Part shown: positions 10,501-20,403 of the stretch, piece by piece
How the letters are laid out: every line of letters starts with the position of its first letter
Numbering within the stretch: position 1 is the first letter of the stretch
Assembly: GCA_963725865.1 (NCBI GenBank)
Contig: CAVSAC010000010.1
Coordinates: forward strand, 416,001-480,000
Origin: Candidatus Eiseniibacteriota bacterium
GTDB lineage: Bacteria; Eisenbacteria; RBG-16-71-46
Direction: 5' to 3'
DNA length: 64,000 nucleotides
Position numbers and translations under genes: made by a program
The notes under the pieces: model-generated
Database searches by the model: none
Seen by the model: the letters and a program-made list of their open reading frames with translations, nothing else
What the model was told of the DNA's origin: nothing

Positions 10501-10632
10501 CGCGCCCGGCTTCCAGCGCACCAGCACGCGGCCGTCCACGAACGGCGGATCCGCCGCGCGCACACTCCCCGGCACCAGCGCCACCCACAGCGCGGCGAGG
10601 ACGACGAGGCGGCGCGATGTGCCAGGGCGCAT
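4546..10632 (-). CDS. Large secreted S8 (subtilisin-like) serine peptidase with prodomain, Fn3, three repeated 'GGPDxFG' modules, Ig-like domains and a C-terminal FlgD-Ig-like domain
   Basis: Signal peptide. Catalytic triad motifs IGVIDTG, HGSHVAG and GTSMACPHV. C-terminal 'PNP...DVRGARVR...WDGRDDGG...GLYLVR'. Start MRPGTS at 10632. Confidence 0.9.
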   Translation of the reverse strand: MRPGTSRRLVVLAALWVALVPGSVRAADPPFVDGRVLVRWKPGAAASARAAARTSVAAVPRARYAFIDAELLEVPAGAVASTVARLRGDARVQWAEPDYVWRASVTPSDSLFARQWSLHNSGQTGGRPGADIRATTAWDVFTGDSTLRIGVIDTGLDYTHPDIAANVWTNPGEIPGNGLDDDGDGYIDDVHGYDVYNNDGDPFDDNGHGSHVAGIIAARGDDGRGVTGVCWRAQLVPIKFLGAGGTGTTSGAVAALQYALRVGVRITNNSWGGGAFSQALQDAVDAVGLAGQLLVAAAGNSASDNDVVPNYPSGFDRPWVIAVAATDDRDQLAPYSNFGATTVDLAAPGSNILSLAPGGGWRVLSGTSMACPHVTGAAALLWGRLPQLDAIQVKSRLLAAADTLGALEGACRTGGRLNALLAIADPDSVGPAAIRDVAIVDLGSDFATLSWTASGDDSLAGRASSYDIRVSSSPITEANFAAARAVAGPDPLPSGSPERFEVGGLGPDSTYWFALRARDERGNPGPVSNLVTGTTAGPPALALAPDSLAAVLEVGGVTTGALSIGNVAQGTLDWNVPLPELLFAAQVPPDPVPAAKGEDGPAGPPQVFGRGGPDAFGYRWVDSDQSDGPRFAWVDATTAGEVLQMGGDDVISPPLDIGFEFPFYDRRVTQLRVCTNGFLSFADTSPFYSNQPLPTSAGPPDLVAPFWDDLDFGTEYRVWTLKEPGRFTVAWVGPTHYAGGGPYTFEAILEANGEIRFQYLALGEPRASATAGIQNADHSSGLGVVFNAPYLHDSLTVRIVPVPQWLTLEPSAGRVRAGLADTPAVRFAASGLLAGVYRGSVRVLTNDRARPQAEVPVRLEVHGAPDLVARPRTLDFGSPFAGATVERAVTLANVGTDTLHLGAIRSIDPRIQVDSAPAALAAGQSFPLLVRFVAPTADTLDALLEVASDDPDTPVYPIPLAGRAVPAPSVRVAPESVAVALASNATLDTTVRLTNLGAGPYTFSVDAVPDDVPGAPPARVARPPAAAVLAPITSFASGGPDAFGNTWRDGAATGGPAFTWEDVRAFGTRIALGGDDALSDPIPIGFDFPFYGIPQRRLRVCTNGWVSFTDSTRVTPANTPLPSNSAGAPENLLAVFWDDLVFGPQRRVWVRSDPQHCVIQYQEVPRFGSGESTRPNTFEIVLFPDGSLEYRYLALRAAVLSSATVGIQDAARDDGLQVVMNAAYLRDSMVVRFHPPLRWLTITPDQGLLPAGQSTDLTLHVDAAALFGGVYRGAVRIAGDDPQRPVIHVPAALTVSGAPELRVSPAALDFGVTYAGWPRTLPLAVRNPGTDTLHVTTPAIADARVSVEPAKFAVPPLAERTVQVRFAPAGPGTLAGVLGLAGDDPANPRVDIPLAGVALDPPLADVAPGTLASVAARGTVAAARERERVVLVRNPGASPLHWSATARLGPAIASGAPLEREDAKGDPGAAGALGTGGPDPFGYAWTDSDEPGGPPFAWEAATPGTTRLPFVEDDETLTGIPLPFLFPFYGRTFDHVNVCSNGWLSFTSTRTTFTNTGLPNAGAAVPENLIAVFWDDQSFDPPIGGGGADWDGNPQRFVVTFRDVPRVGGGGPSTYQVVLRPSGDIDLQYLRLGSVRTSATVGLQDSSRTVGLQVVANAGYLHDGLRVRLARVEPWLALARDSGTVAPGGVDSVRVTLRAADRDSARYRGEVRIVSDDPAHPVRAVACALDVALERAAFALPPPPLAAALLGDSLRVGAPGGTLVRPLAAWIGDVSVPPRAGPAGTWSFAFDLFAARAAAQAAGGALTVAVEDSARAWVIARDSVALPQPRLDAGPLRALGTGGDTVRVRTGAPLALDWDDPPGVAASGWDVWLSLDGGHTWRPWALGLAERHTALAWPDAPAASVRVEVTGRSGAALAWSWLSDPAVLEAAGEGLPKVFALRFAGPNPTPANASFRLELPRAAEVTLEVLDVRGARVRRDPARSFAAGRHALLWDGRDDGGRRVPPGLYLVRVAGAGTQAVRRVVILR
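5600..8810 (-). repeat. Three imperfect ~200-aa intragenic repeats (GGPDxFG...FxFPFY...VCxNGxxSF...FWDD...SATxGxQ) in the S8 protease
   Basis: Modules begin near 8805 (GRGGPDAFGY), 7525 (SGGPDAFGN) and 6210 (TGGPDPFGY), with the same motif order in each. Boundaries are approximate. Confidence 0.85.
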
Positions 10633-10759
10633 GAGGCTCTTTCCGGCCGGCGTGCGGGCGGGCGCCGGCCCAGCGGACGAGACGCGCGGCCGGCTGCGGC
10701 GCGCCGAGTATCCCCCGCCGGGGGACCGGCGCGTCAAGCGCGAGGCCGCGGGCGGTCGC

Positions 10760-11164
10760 TCAACCGCGCTTCGCCCGGGGGACGCGGCCGGTCGCGCGGC
10801 GCGCCGCGCGGACGGCCTCGTGGCGGGCGACCACGGTGGTCGCGATGCCCCCGCGCACGTTGAAGCGCCCGATCACCGTCAGCCGGCGGGGCCTGAGCGC
10901 CCGCACCAGGTCGTCGCGGATCTGGTTCGTGACCTGCTCGAAGTAGTGCCCCTCGTCGCGGAACGACCACAGGTAGAGCTTGAGCGACTTGAGCTCCACG
11001 CACACGCGGTCGGGCACGTACCTGACCACGATCGTGCCGAAGTCCGGCTGGCCGGTCACCGGGCACACCGCGGTGTACTCGGGGCACACGTGGCGGATCA
11101 GGTAGTCACGGTCGGGGCTCGGGTTGGGGAACGTGACGAGCTTCCGGTCGGGACGGCTGGGCAT
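10760..11164 (-). CDS. queF: NADPH-dependent 7-cyano-7-deazaguanine reductase (preQ1 synthase, type I)
   Basis: [16 protein letters not shown] (catalytic Cys/Asp), ELKSLKLYL QueF motif and FNVRGGI. Start MPSRPD follows GAGGAG. Confidence 0.93.
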   Translation of the reverse strand: MPSRPDRKLVTFPNPSPDRDYLIRHVCPEYTAVCPVTGQPDFGTIVVRYVPDRVCVELKSLKLYLWSFRDEGHYFEQVTNQIRDDLVRALRPRRLTVIGRFNVRGGIATTVVARHEAVRAARRATGRVPRAKRG

Positions 11165-11375
11165 GGGCTCCTCGCGGGACGGGACGGGGCGGGCGGGGCG
11201 TCGACGGCCCCAAGGCACCACACCCGGCCGCGCGGGGTCAAGACGCGTGGCCGGGTCGGTGCTTTCGCTCGCTCCGCTCCTGTGCAGTCCTACCCCGCGA
11301 GGCCCGCCCGCGCTCCCGGGGACCGGCGCTTCGGCGTGGCCGGGCGCGCCGGTCGCGTGCTAGTGTCCCTCGCCC

Positions 11376-12710
<1,335 letters not shown>

Positions 12711-12785
12711 CCGCGCCGCGCGCGGCGCCGTCGCCGCGAGGGTCCGCCGCCGCGCCATGCGGGAGCACCGGCGGCGCGCCCGGCG

Positions 12786-13730
12786 TCAGGCCCGCACGCC
12801 CTCCACCCCGCGGATCCGCGCCCGCTCGCGCGCGGCGAAGCCGGCGCCCACCACGCCCGCGCGCTCGCCGAGCGCGGCCGGCAGGATGCGCAGCAGGCGC
12901 GTGTGTGAGGCGAGCGCGTGGCGCTCGACCGAGGCGCGCACCGGCCGCGCGAGCGCCTCGCCGGCGCCCGCGAGCCCCCCACCCAGCACCACCACGTCGG
13001 GGTCGAGCAGGTTCACCGCGGCGCCGATCATGCGCCCGAGCTGGTGCGCGAGACGCGCCACCAGCCGTTCCGCGCGCGGGTCGCCGGCCGCCGCGTGCGC
13101 GAACACCGCGCGCGCGTCCGCGGCGTCGAGTCCCGCCGCGCGCGCCGCGGCGAGCAGTCCCTCGCCGCCCGCCTCGGGCTCCACGCAGCCCTCGACCCCG
13201 CAGGCGCACGCCATTCCGCGGCCGCCGAGCGGCAGGTGGCCGAGCTCGCCCGCCCCACCGTGCGCGCCGCGCATCAGGCGCCCGTCGATCACGATGCCGC
13301 AGCCGACTCCGGTGCCGATCGTGATGGTGAGCGACACGCGGGCGCCGCGCGCGGCACCGGCGTGGTGCTCGGCGAGGGCCGCCAGGTTGGCGTCGTTCTC
13401 GACCGCCACCGGCAGCGCCAGCCGCTCCTCGAGCAGCGCGCGCAGCGGCAGGTCGCGTCCGTAGGGCAGGTGCGCGGTGGCGCCGACCAGCGCGCCGGAG
13501 CGCGGGTCGACCACGCCGGGCGCTCCGATGCCGGCCGCGATCACCGGACCGTCGGCCACCGCGCGCAGCTCGGCCGCGACCGCCGCGATCGCCGCGAGTG
13601 GGGCCTCGCGGCTCTCCGCCACGCGCGAGGGTGTGCGCGAGAAGTTGCACACGCCGCCGGCCTCGTCGACCAGCGCGGCCTTGAGGTCGGTGCCGCCGAG
13701 ATCGAATGCCATCACCCAGGTGCGCGACAT
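12786..13730 (-). CDS. ROK family sugar kinase (glucokinase-like)
   Basis: DLGGT, ENDANLAALAE, GTGVGCG and GELGH...CACGVEGCVE (Zn motif). No N-terminal HTH. Confidence 0.9.
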   Translation of the reverse strand: MSRTWVMAFDLGGTDLKAALVDEAGGVCNFSRTPSRVAESREAPLAAIAAVAAELRAVADGPVIAAGIGAPGVVDPRSGALVGATAHLPYGRDLPLRALLEERLALPVAVENDANLAALAEHHAGAARGARVSLTITIGTGVGCGIVIDGRLMRGAHGGAGELGHLPLGGRGMACACGVEGCVEPEAGGEGLLAAARAAGLDAADARAVFAHAAAGDPRAERLVARLAHQLGRMIGAAVNLLDPDVVVLGGGLAGAGEALARPVRASVERHALASHTRLLRILPAALGERAGVVGAGFAARERARIRGVEGVRA

Positions 13731-13788
13731 GCCGCGCACACTAGCACGCGGCTGGACCCTGCGCCCGCGTGCGTGGCAGAGTGCCACC

Positions 13789-16206
13789 ATGCGTCCGCTC
13801 GCGTCGCTCGTCGCGTTGCTGCTCGGCGCGCTGCTGGTCCCGGTCGCCGATCACCCGCCGCGCGCCGCGGCCCCGGCCGCCGCGGACTCCGGCGTGGTCG
13901 CGATCGCGGGACTCGCCGCACCGGTCGAACTGATCACCGACCGCTGGGGCATCCCCCACCTGCGCGCGCGCACGCTCCCCGACCTCTATCGCGCGTGGGG
14001 CTACGTCACCGCGCGCGACCGCCTGTGGCAGCTCGAAAGTCTGCGGCGCTCGGCGCGCGGGCGGATGTGGGAGTGGGCGGGCAACGCGACGCTCGAGGCG
14101 GACGGCGGCGCGCAGCTCTTCCGCCTCGCCGAGCGCGCCGAGACGATCTGGGCGCGCGAGCGTCTCGATCCCGCGACCGCGATGCCGCTCGAGGCCTACG
14201 CCGCCGGGATCAACGCCTACCTGGCGCGCTGTCGGGCCGGCGCGGCGGCGTGGCCGCCGGAGTTCACGCGGCTGGGGCACACGCCCGCCGACTGGCGCCC
14301 CGTCGACAGCGTGCTGTTGCTGCTCGGCATGGGGATCACGCTCGACCTCGACCTGCCGGAGCTGCGCGAGGCGCGGGACCTCGCGCGCCACGGCGCCGCG
14401 TGGTTGGCGGCGCGCCGCCGCTTCGAGGGCCGCTGGATCTACGACACCGTGCCCGACGCGGGCGGACGCCACACCTCGGGGGGCGGGCCGGGGCACGCGC
14501 CGGCGCCCGTGAGAGACTCGCCTGCCCCGCTGCCGAGCGCGCTCGCCGAGCGCGCGGCCCGCGCGCTGGCGCCGTACGCGCATCCCGACGGCGACGACGC
14601 GTGGCGGGCGAGCAACGCATTCGCGGTCGGCGCGCGCCGCAGCGCCTCGGGAGCCCCGCTGCTCGCGAACGATCCGCACCTCTCCCTGACGACCCCGGGT
14701 GCGTTCCACCTCGTGCACGTGAGCGTGCCCGGAGTGGTGGACGCAGCGGGCGCGTGCCTGCCGGGGTTGCCGGCGATCGTGAGCGGCCGCAACCGCGACT
14801 GCGCGTGGGGCATCACCGCGCTCTCGGCCGACGTGGTGGACGTCTACGCCGACACGCTGTCGGCCGACGGCCGCCGGGTGCGGTGGCACGGCGGCTGGGC
14901 GCCGGTCGTGGAGCGCCCGTTCCAGCTGCGCTACCGCGTCCTCGGGATCGGCATCCCGCCGCCGGGGCAGGTGCGGCGCTGGACCCCGCACGGTCCGGTG
15001 GTGGTGTTCGATCGCGCGCGGCGGCTGGCGCTGAGCGTGCGCTGGACCGCGTTCGAGGACGACCGCATCACGCTCCGGCGCATGCTGGGCGTGGAGCGCT
15101 CGCGCGACGCCGCGGAGCTCGCAGAGCGCTTCGCCACGCTCGTCACGCCGACCCTCAACCTGGTGGCGGCCGACCGCGCCGGTCACGTCCGCTACCAGGC
15201 GTGCGGGCTGCTCCCGCATCGTCCGTTCCCGCCCGCCCCCGGTCCGCTGCCGGGCGACGGGCGTCACGAGTGGGCGGGCTTCGTCGCGACCGCCGACATG
15301 CCGGCCTGGGACGTGCCGGCCGACGGTGTGGTGGTGAACTCGAACAACCGCCCGGCCGGCCCCGCCTACCCCGAGCCGCTGCCGCGCTACGACTGGGTGC
15401 ACGACCGCGCGCTGCGGATCGCCCAGCGTCTCGGCGGCGATCCATCGATCACGCTCGCCGATCTGCGCAGCGTGCAGAACGACGCCTACTCCGGGATGGC
15501 CGCGCGCCTGGTGCCGCGGCTGGCGGCATGCGCGGACTCGGTGCGCGGGCGGCTGTCGGCGCGCGCGCAAGCGGCGCTCGACACGCTGGGTAGCTGGGAT
15601 TTCGTCGCGCGCCGGCCGCAGGTCGCGCCCACGCTGTATCGGGCGTGGTTCGCGGCGCTCGGGCGGCGCTGGGGGCTCGAGGGCCTGCCGGGCCGCTTGA
15701 TCGCCACGCTCGACGGCGAGGCCGCGCCCGACCCCAGCATGGTGCGGGTCGTCGAGCGTCCGGCGCTCGGGGCCGCGGCGGCGCTCGACTCGGCGCTCGC
15801 CGACCTCGAGCACCTGCTGGGGCCGGACCTGGCGGGCTGGCGCTGGGAGCGCGCGCACCGCGCCCGGTTCCCGCGCGACCTCGCGCGCTGGTTCCCGGAC
15901 GAGGCGGCGTGGCGCGGCGCTTCCGTCGCGGTGGACGGCGACAACGCCTCGCCCGGCGTGGCGCCGTCGCGGCTGCCGCGCTCGATCGAGGTCGATCACG
16001 GGCCGGTGTTCCGCCATCTCGTGGACCTCGCGGTGGCGGACTCCTCGCTCGCGATGCTGCCGCCCGCGGTGGCAGCGGGCGCGGCGCAGGGCGCCCGGGC
16101 GCTGGCGGGCCCCTGGGCGAACCACGCGTACGTGCCGCTGTTCCTCGACGGCCCGCGCGTGGACGCGGTGGCGCGCACGCGCCTCAGGCTGGTGCCCGGG
16201 CGCTGA
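13789..16206 (+). CDS. Penicillin acylase family (peptidase S45) Ntn-hydrolase
   Basis: Signal peptide MRPLASLV..., DRWGIPHL, GYVTARDRLWQL and the nucleophile motif ASNAFAV...LLANDPHL. Confidence 0.9.
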   Translation: MRPLASLVALLLGALLVPVADHPPRAAAPAAADSGVVAIAGLAAPVELITDRWGIPHLRARTLPDLYRAWGYVTARDRLWQLESLRRSARGRMWEWAGNATLEADGGAQLFRLAERAETIWARERLDPATAMPLEAYAAGINAYLARCRAGAAAWPPEFTRLGHTPADWRPVDSVLLLLGMGITLDLDLPELREARDLARHGAAWLAARRRFEGRWIYDTVPDAGGRHTSGGGPGHAPAPVRDSPAPLPSALAERAARALAPYAHPDGDDAWRASNAFAVGARRSASGAPLLANDPHLSLTTPGAFHLVHVSVPGVVDAAGACLPGLPAIVSGRNRDCAWGITALSADVVDVYADTLSADGRRVRWHGGWAPVVERPFQLRYRVLGIGIPPPGQVRRWTPHGPVVVFDRARRLALSVRWTAFEDDRITLRRMLGVERSRDAAELAERFATLVTPTLNLVAADRAGHVRYQACGLLPHRPFPPAPGPLPGDGRHEWAGFVATADMPAWDVPADGVVVNSNNRPAGPAYPEPLPRYDWVHDRALRIAQRLGGDPSITLADLRSVQNDAYSGMAARLVPRLAACADSVRGRLSARAQAALDTLGSWDFVARRPQVAPTLYRAWFAALGRRWGLEGLPGRLIATLDGEAAPDPSMVRVVERPALGAAAALDSALADLEHLLGPDLAGWRWERAHRARFPRDLARWFPDEAAWRGASVAVDGDNASPGVAPSRLPRSIEVDHGPVFRHLVDLAVADSSLAMLPPAVAAGAAQGARALAGPWANHAYVPLFLDGPRVDAVARTRLRLVPGR

Positions 16207-16218
16207 GGCGCGACGGGC

Positions 16219-18354
16219 TCAGTACGCGGCGAGCTCGCGGATCGCGCGCAGCATGGTGTCCTTCTGCGGCAGGATGACGTCCTCGAGCGTGGGCGCGTAG
16301 GCGACCGGCGCGTCGAGCGCCCCCACCCGCCGCACCGGGGCGTCGAGGTCCGTGAAGCACTCCGCGGCCACGCGGGCCGCCACCTCGGCGCCGAACCCGC
16401 AGAACAGGGTGTCCTCGTGCGCCACGATCAGGCGCCCGGTCTTGCGCACCGAGCGCGCCACCGATTCGAAATCGAGCGGCTGGATCGTGCGCAGGTCGAT
16501 CACCTCGGTCTCGATGCCCTCCTCCGCCAGCTCCTGCGCGGCGAGGTAGCTGCGCTGCACCAGTGCGCCGTACGTCACCACCGTGACGTCGGTGCCCTCG
16601 CGCACCACGCGCGCGCGGCCGAACGGCACGGTGTACTCGGGACCCGGGTACGGTCCCTTGGCGTAAGGCTGGCGGTACAGGTGCTTGTGCTCCAGGAACA
16701 GCACCGGGTCCTCGCTGCGCAGCGCCGTGCGCATCAGCCCGTTCGCGTCGAGCGCGTTGCTGGGGATCACCACGCGCAGGCCCGGGCAGTGGGCGAAGAT
16801 GCTCTCGCCGCACTGGCTGTGGTACGGCGCGCCGCCGCGCAGATAGCCGCCGTACGCGGTGCGGATGATGACCGGGCAGGAGAACGCGTTGTTCGAGCGG
16901 TAGCGCAGGTAGCCCAGCTCGTCGCGGATCTGCATCATCGCCGGCCAGATGTAGTCGAAGAACTGGATCTCGACCACCGGCCGCAGGCCCAGGGTCGCGA
17001 GCCCGATCGCGCGGCCGACGATGTTGGCCTCGGCGAGCGGCGAGTTGTACACCCGCACGCCGCCGAACTGCTTCTGCAGGCCCCACGTGACGCCGAACAC
17101 GCCGCCCTTGCCCTTGGTCTCGTCGAGCGCCTCCTCGTTCGAGTTGTCGGCGACGTCCTCGCCGAACATCAGGATCCGCGGGTCGCGCCGCATCTCGTCC
17201 CGGAGGCAGTAGTTGATGTTCTGGAGCATCGTCTCGGCCGAGTCCGGACGCTCCGGCCGCGGCTCGCTCACGAACCGGTCGGAGGTCGGGTCCACGTCCG
17301 GCGAGAACACGAACATCGTCGCGCTGGCGAGCGGCGGCTGCGAGGACGCCTGCGCCTCCTCGCTGGCGCGGCGGATGGTGGCGTGCACCTCCTCGTGCAG
17401 CGCGTTCAGCCTCGCCTCGTCGAGCACGCCCCGCGCGATCAGCGAGCGCGAAAACGTCCGCAGGCAGTCGCGCTCGGCCTCGGCCGCGCGCTCGTGCTGG
17501 GGCTTGTACTTGCTCTCGTCGTCCGACATCGAGTGCGAGTACGGCCGCGTCACCTTCGCGCGCACGAACGCCGGCCCCCGGCGCGCCCGGCAATGCGCGA
17601 TCGCGGCTTCGAGCGCGGCGTACGAGGCCAGCGGGTCGCTGCCGTCGACCTCTCCGGTCCAGTGCAGGTTCGGGAAGTCCTTCACCAGCGTGGCGATGTT
17701 GCCGCCCGCGGTCTGCACGTCGACCGGCACCGAGATGGCGTAGCCGTTGTCCTCGATCAGGAACAGCACCGGCAGGCGCAGGTTGCACGCGCTGTTGAGC
17801 GCCTCCCAGAACTCCCCTTCGCTGGTCGCGCCGTCGCCGCCGCTCACGTACACCACCTCGTCGCCCTGCACGCGGCCGCGCAGGCTCGGGTGGTCCGCCT
17901 CCAGCTCGTGGTACTTGATCAGCGCCTCGGCGGCGCCGACCGCCTGCAGGAACTGGGTCCCGGTGGGGCTCGACTGCGAGACGATGTTCAGGCGCCGGTG
18001 GCCCCAGTGACTCGGCATCTGGCGGCCGCCCGAGTTCGGATCCTCGGCCGCCGCCAGGGCGGAGAGCAGCATCTCCTTGGGGCTCATCCCCAACTGCAGG
18101 CACAGCGCGCGGTCGCGGTAGTAGGGGTAGAACCAGTCGGCCCCCGGTCGCAGCAGCCGGCCCGCCGCCACCAGCACGGCCTCGTGCCCCGCGCCCGAGA
18201 TCTGGAAGAAGATCTTGTCGAGCTTCTTGAGGCGGATCTCCTCGTCGTCGACGCGCCGCGACGTGTACATCGTGCGGTAGAGGCCGACGAGATCGTCCTG
18301 CGTCAGCCCGTGCTGCGGAGCCGCCGAGGTCGCGTGGGTGCGCGTGGCCGCCAT
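16219..18354 (-). CDS. 2-oxoacid (probably 2-oxoisovalerate) dehydrogenase E1, fused alpha/beta subunits
   Basis: SGAGHEA, YPYYRD, the TPP motif [21 protein letters not shown], and beta-part [18 protein letters not shown]. Confidence 0.92.
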   Translation of the reverse strand: MAATRTHATSAAPQHGLTQDDLVGLYRTMYTSRRVDDEEIRLKKLDKIFFQISGAGHEAVLVAAGRLLRPGADWFYPYYRDRALCLQLGMSPKEMLLSALAAAEDPNSGGRQMPSHWGHRRLNIVSQSSPTGTQFLQAVGAAEALIKYHELEADHPSLRGRVQGDEVVYVSGGDGATSEGEFWEALNSACNLRLPVLFLIEDNGYAISVPVDVQTAGGNIATLVKDFPNLHWTGEVDGSDPLASYAALEAAIAHCRARRGPAFVRAKVTRPYSHSMSDDESKYKPQHERAAEAERDCLRTFSRSLIARGVLDEARLNALHEEVHATIRRASEEAQASSQPPLASATMFVFSPDVDPTSDRFVSEPRPERPDSAETMLQNINYCLRDEMRRDPRILMFGEDVADNSNEEALDETKGKGGVFGVTWGLQKQFGGVRVYNSPLAEANIVGRAIGLATLGLRPVVEIQFFDYIWPAMMQIRDELGYLRYRSNNAFSCPVIIRTAYGGYLRGGAPYHSQCGESIFAHCPGLRVVIPSNALDANGLMRTALRSEDPVLFLEHKHLYRQPYAKGPYPGPEYTVPFGRARVVREGTDVTVVTYGALVQRSYLAAQELAEEGIETEVIDLRTIQPLDFESVARSVRKTGRLIVAHEDTLFCGFGAEVAARVAAECFTDLDAPVRRVGALDAPVAYAPTLEDVILPQKDTMLRAIRELAAY

Positions 18355-18423
18355 GGGTGGGTCTCCTGGGAGTCCGGGGAAGGCAGAGGACCACGCAAGC
18401 CTACCCGAGGCCCCGCGGCCGCA

Positions 18424-20208
18424 TCAACCACTCGCGGCAGACGCCGGGCGACCGCGCGGGAACCGACCGCGCGGCGCCGGTGGCCAGGGGTGCGGCGCGA
18501 CTAGTAGCCGAGCGCGCAGCCGTCCTTGCGGCTTCTCGGTCGCGCCGGCGTAGTTGCCGGTGACCGGATCGCGCCAGATCGCCTGGTAGCCGCCGTACGC
18601 GCCCACCGGCTCGGGCTTCAGGTGGTGGCCGCGCCGGCTCAGCTCCTCGAGCACCGCCGCGGGCAGGCCGTCCTCGATGTGCAGCTCGCCGCCGTCGGTC
18701 ATCACGGTGCCGGTCGGCTCGCTCGAGCCGGTGTGGTGGTAGCGGATCGCGTCGCCGACCTCCTGCAGGTTCATGCCGAAGTCGACCAGGTTCACGATCA
18801 CCTGCGCGTGTCCCTGCGGCTGCATGTCGCCGCCCATCAGCCCGAACGCCATCAGCGGCTGGCCGTCCTTCGTCAGGAACGCGGGGATGATGGTCTGGAA
18901 CGGACGCTTGCCCGGCTCGAGCCGGTTGGGGTGTCCCGCGTGCAGCGAGAACAGCCCGCCGCGGTCCTGAAGGCCGAATCCCAGCGCGGGCACCACGTAG
19001 CCGCTGCCGAAGCCGGTGTAGTTGCTCTGGATCAGCGACACCATCATGCCGTCGCGGTCCGCCGCGCACAGGTAGGTGGTCTCGCTGCGGCTGAGCGCGA
19101 CCGGATCGCCCGGCGAGTCGACCAGCGCGGCGTGCTGCATGTCGACGAGCTTCGCGCGCTCCTTCGCGTAGGCCTTCGAGAGCAGCTCGGCCACCGGCAC
19201 CTTGGCGAACGCGGGGTCGGCGTAGTAGCGCGCGCGGTCGGCGAACGCGAGCTTCTTCGCCTCCACCATCACGTGCCAGAAGTCGGCCGAGCCGCGGCCC
19301 ATCGACTTGAGATCGAAGTTCTCGAGGATGTTGAGCAGCTGCAGCGCAGCGAGCCCCTGACCGTTCGGCGGCAGCTCCCACACCGTGTAGCCGCGGTAGT
19401 CGGTGGAGATCGGCGCGTCCCACGTGGAGGTGTGGCGCGCGAAGTCCTCGAGCGAGAAGAAGCCGCCGTTGGCCTGCGAGTAGCGCACCAGCTCCGCCGC
19501 GATCGGCCCCTGGTAGTACGCGTCGCGGCCCTTCTCCGCGAGCAGGCTCAGGGTCTTCGCGAGGGACGGGTTCCTGAACGTCTCCCCCTCGCGGGGCGCG
19601 CGGCCGCCCGGCATGAACACCTGCGCGAAGCCGGGCTTGTCCTTGAACACCCGCGTCGAGCGTTCCCAGTCGGAGGCGATCACCGGCGAGAGCGGGAAGC
19701 CCTCCTCGGCGTAGCGGATCGCCGGCGCCAGCACGCGCTTCATCGGCAGGCGGCCGAATCGCGCGTGGAGCGTGAACCACGCGTCGCACGTGCCGGGCAC
19801 GGTCCACGAGTACGGCGTGTAGAGCGGGATCGTGCCGTCGGCCTCGGGCTTGATCTTGTCGACCGTGAGCGCCAGCGGCGCGCGACCGGAGCCATTGAGC
19901 CCCACCACCTGGCGGGTCTTCGGGTCCCACACGATCGCGAACAGGTCGCCGCCGAGCCCGTTCGCGGTCGGCTCCATCAGGCCGAGACAGGCGTTGATCG
20001 CGATCGCGGCGTCGGCCGCGCTGCCGCCCTCCTTGAGGATCTCGAGCCCGGCCTGCACCGCGAGCGGCTGGGCGGCGCACACCATGCCGTGAGGCGCCCA
20101 CACCACCGAGCGCGTGGCGTCCCCGCGCGCGGCGAAAGCGTTCGGTTCGAAGGCCGCGGTCATGAGCGCGGCCACGAGCGGGACGAGCGGGAGCGCATGG
20201 ACGCGCAT
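18424..20208 (-). CDS. ggt: Gamma-glutamyltransferase; apparent 1-nt frameshift near the 3' end (probable true stop at 18501)
   Basis: GGSAADAAIA, GLGGDLF, VPG, PPNGQG, ETTYL (Thr nucleophile), PGKRPFQTIIP and MGGDMQPQGH. Confidence 0.92.
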   Translation of the reverse strand: MRVHALPLVPLVAALMTAAFEPNAFAARGDATRSVVWAPHGMVCAAQPLAVQAGLEILKEGGSAADAAIAINACLGLMEPTANGLGGDLFAIVWDPKTRQVVGLNGSGRAPLALTVDKIKPEADGTIPLYTPYSWTVPGTCDAWFTLHARFGRLPMKRVLAPAIRYAEEGFPLSPVIASDWERSTRVFKDKPGFAQVFMPGGRAPREGETFRNPSLAKTLSLLAEKGRDAYYQGPIAAELVRYSQANGGFFSLEDFARHTSTWDAPISTDYRGYTVWELPPNGQGLAALQLLNILENFDLKSMGRGSADFWHVMVEAKKLAFADRARYYADPAFAKVPVAELLSKAYAKERAKLVDMQHAALVDSPGDPVALSRSETTYLCAADRDGMMVSLIQSNYTGFGSGYVVPALGFGLQDRGGLFSLHAGHPNRLEPGKRPFQTIIPAFLTKDGQPLMAFGLMGGDMQPQGHAQVIVNLVDFGMNLQEVGDAIRYHHTGSSEPTGTVMTDGGELHIEDGLPAAVLEELSRRGHHLKPEPVGAYGGYQAIWRDPVTGNYAGATEKPQGRLRARLLVAPHPWPPAPRGRFPRGRPASAASG

Positions 20209-20322
20209 GGCACGTTCTCCGGGTGAGGGTGCGCGACGGACATGGCGGCGAGCCTAGCCGCTGCGCCGCAGGGCGGCAATGTCGGGTGTGGTGGTGGTCG
20301 CGTGACGGCGAACGGGCGCGGT

Positions 20323-20351
20323 TTGGCTGCCCTGCGCGCGATGCCTATACT
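20323..20351 (+). promoter_or_regulatory. Sigma70-type promoter for the acyl-CoA dehydrogenase gene
   Basis: TTGGCT (20323-20328), 17-nt spacer, TATACT (20346-20351). Confidence 0.55.
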
Positions 20352-20403
20352 TCGCGTCACACGTCGCCCCCCAGCCTGGGCCGTCTCACTCCGAGGAGCC
20401 ACC

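Noticed and set aside
11165..11375. Possible preQ1 riboswitch upstream of queF
   Set aside because: No preQ1-like stem with an A-rich 3' tail is visible. The region looks like a GC-rich divergent promoter region.
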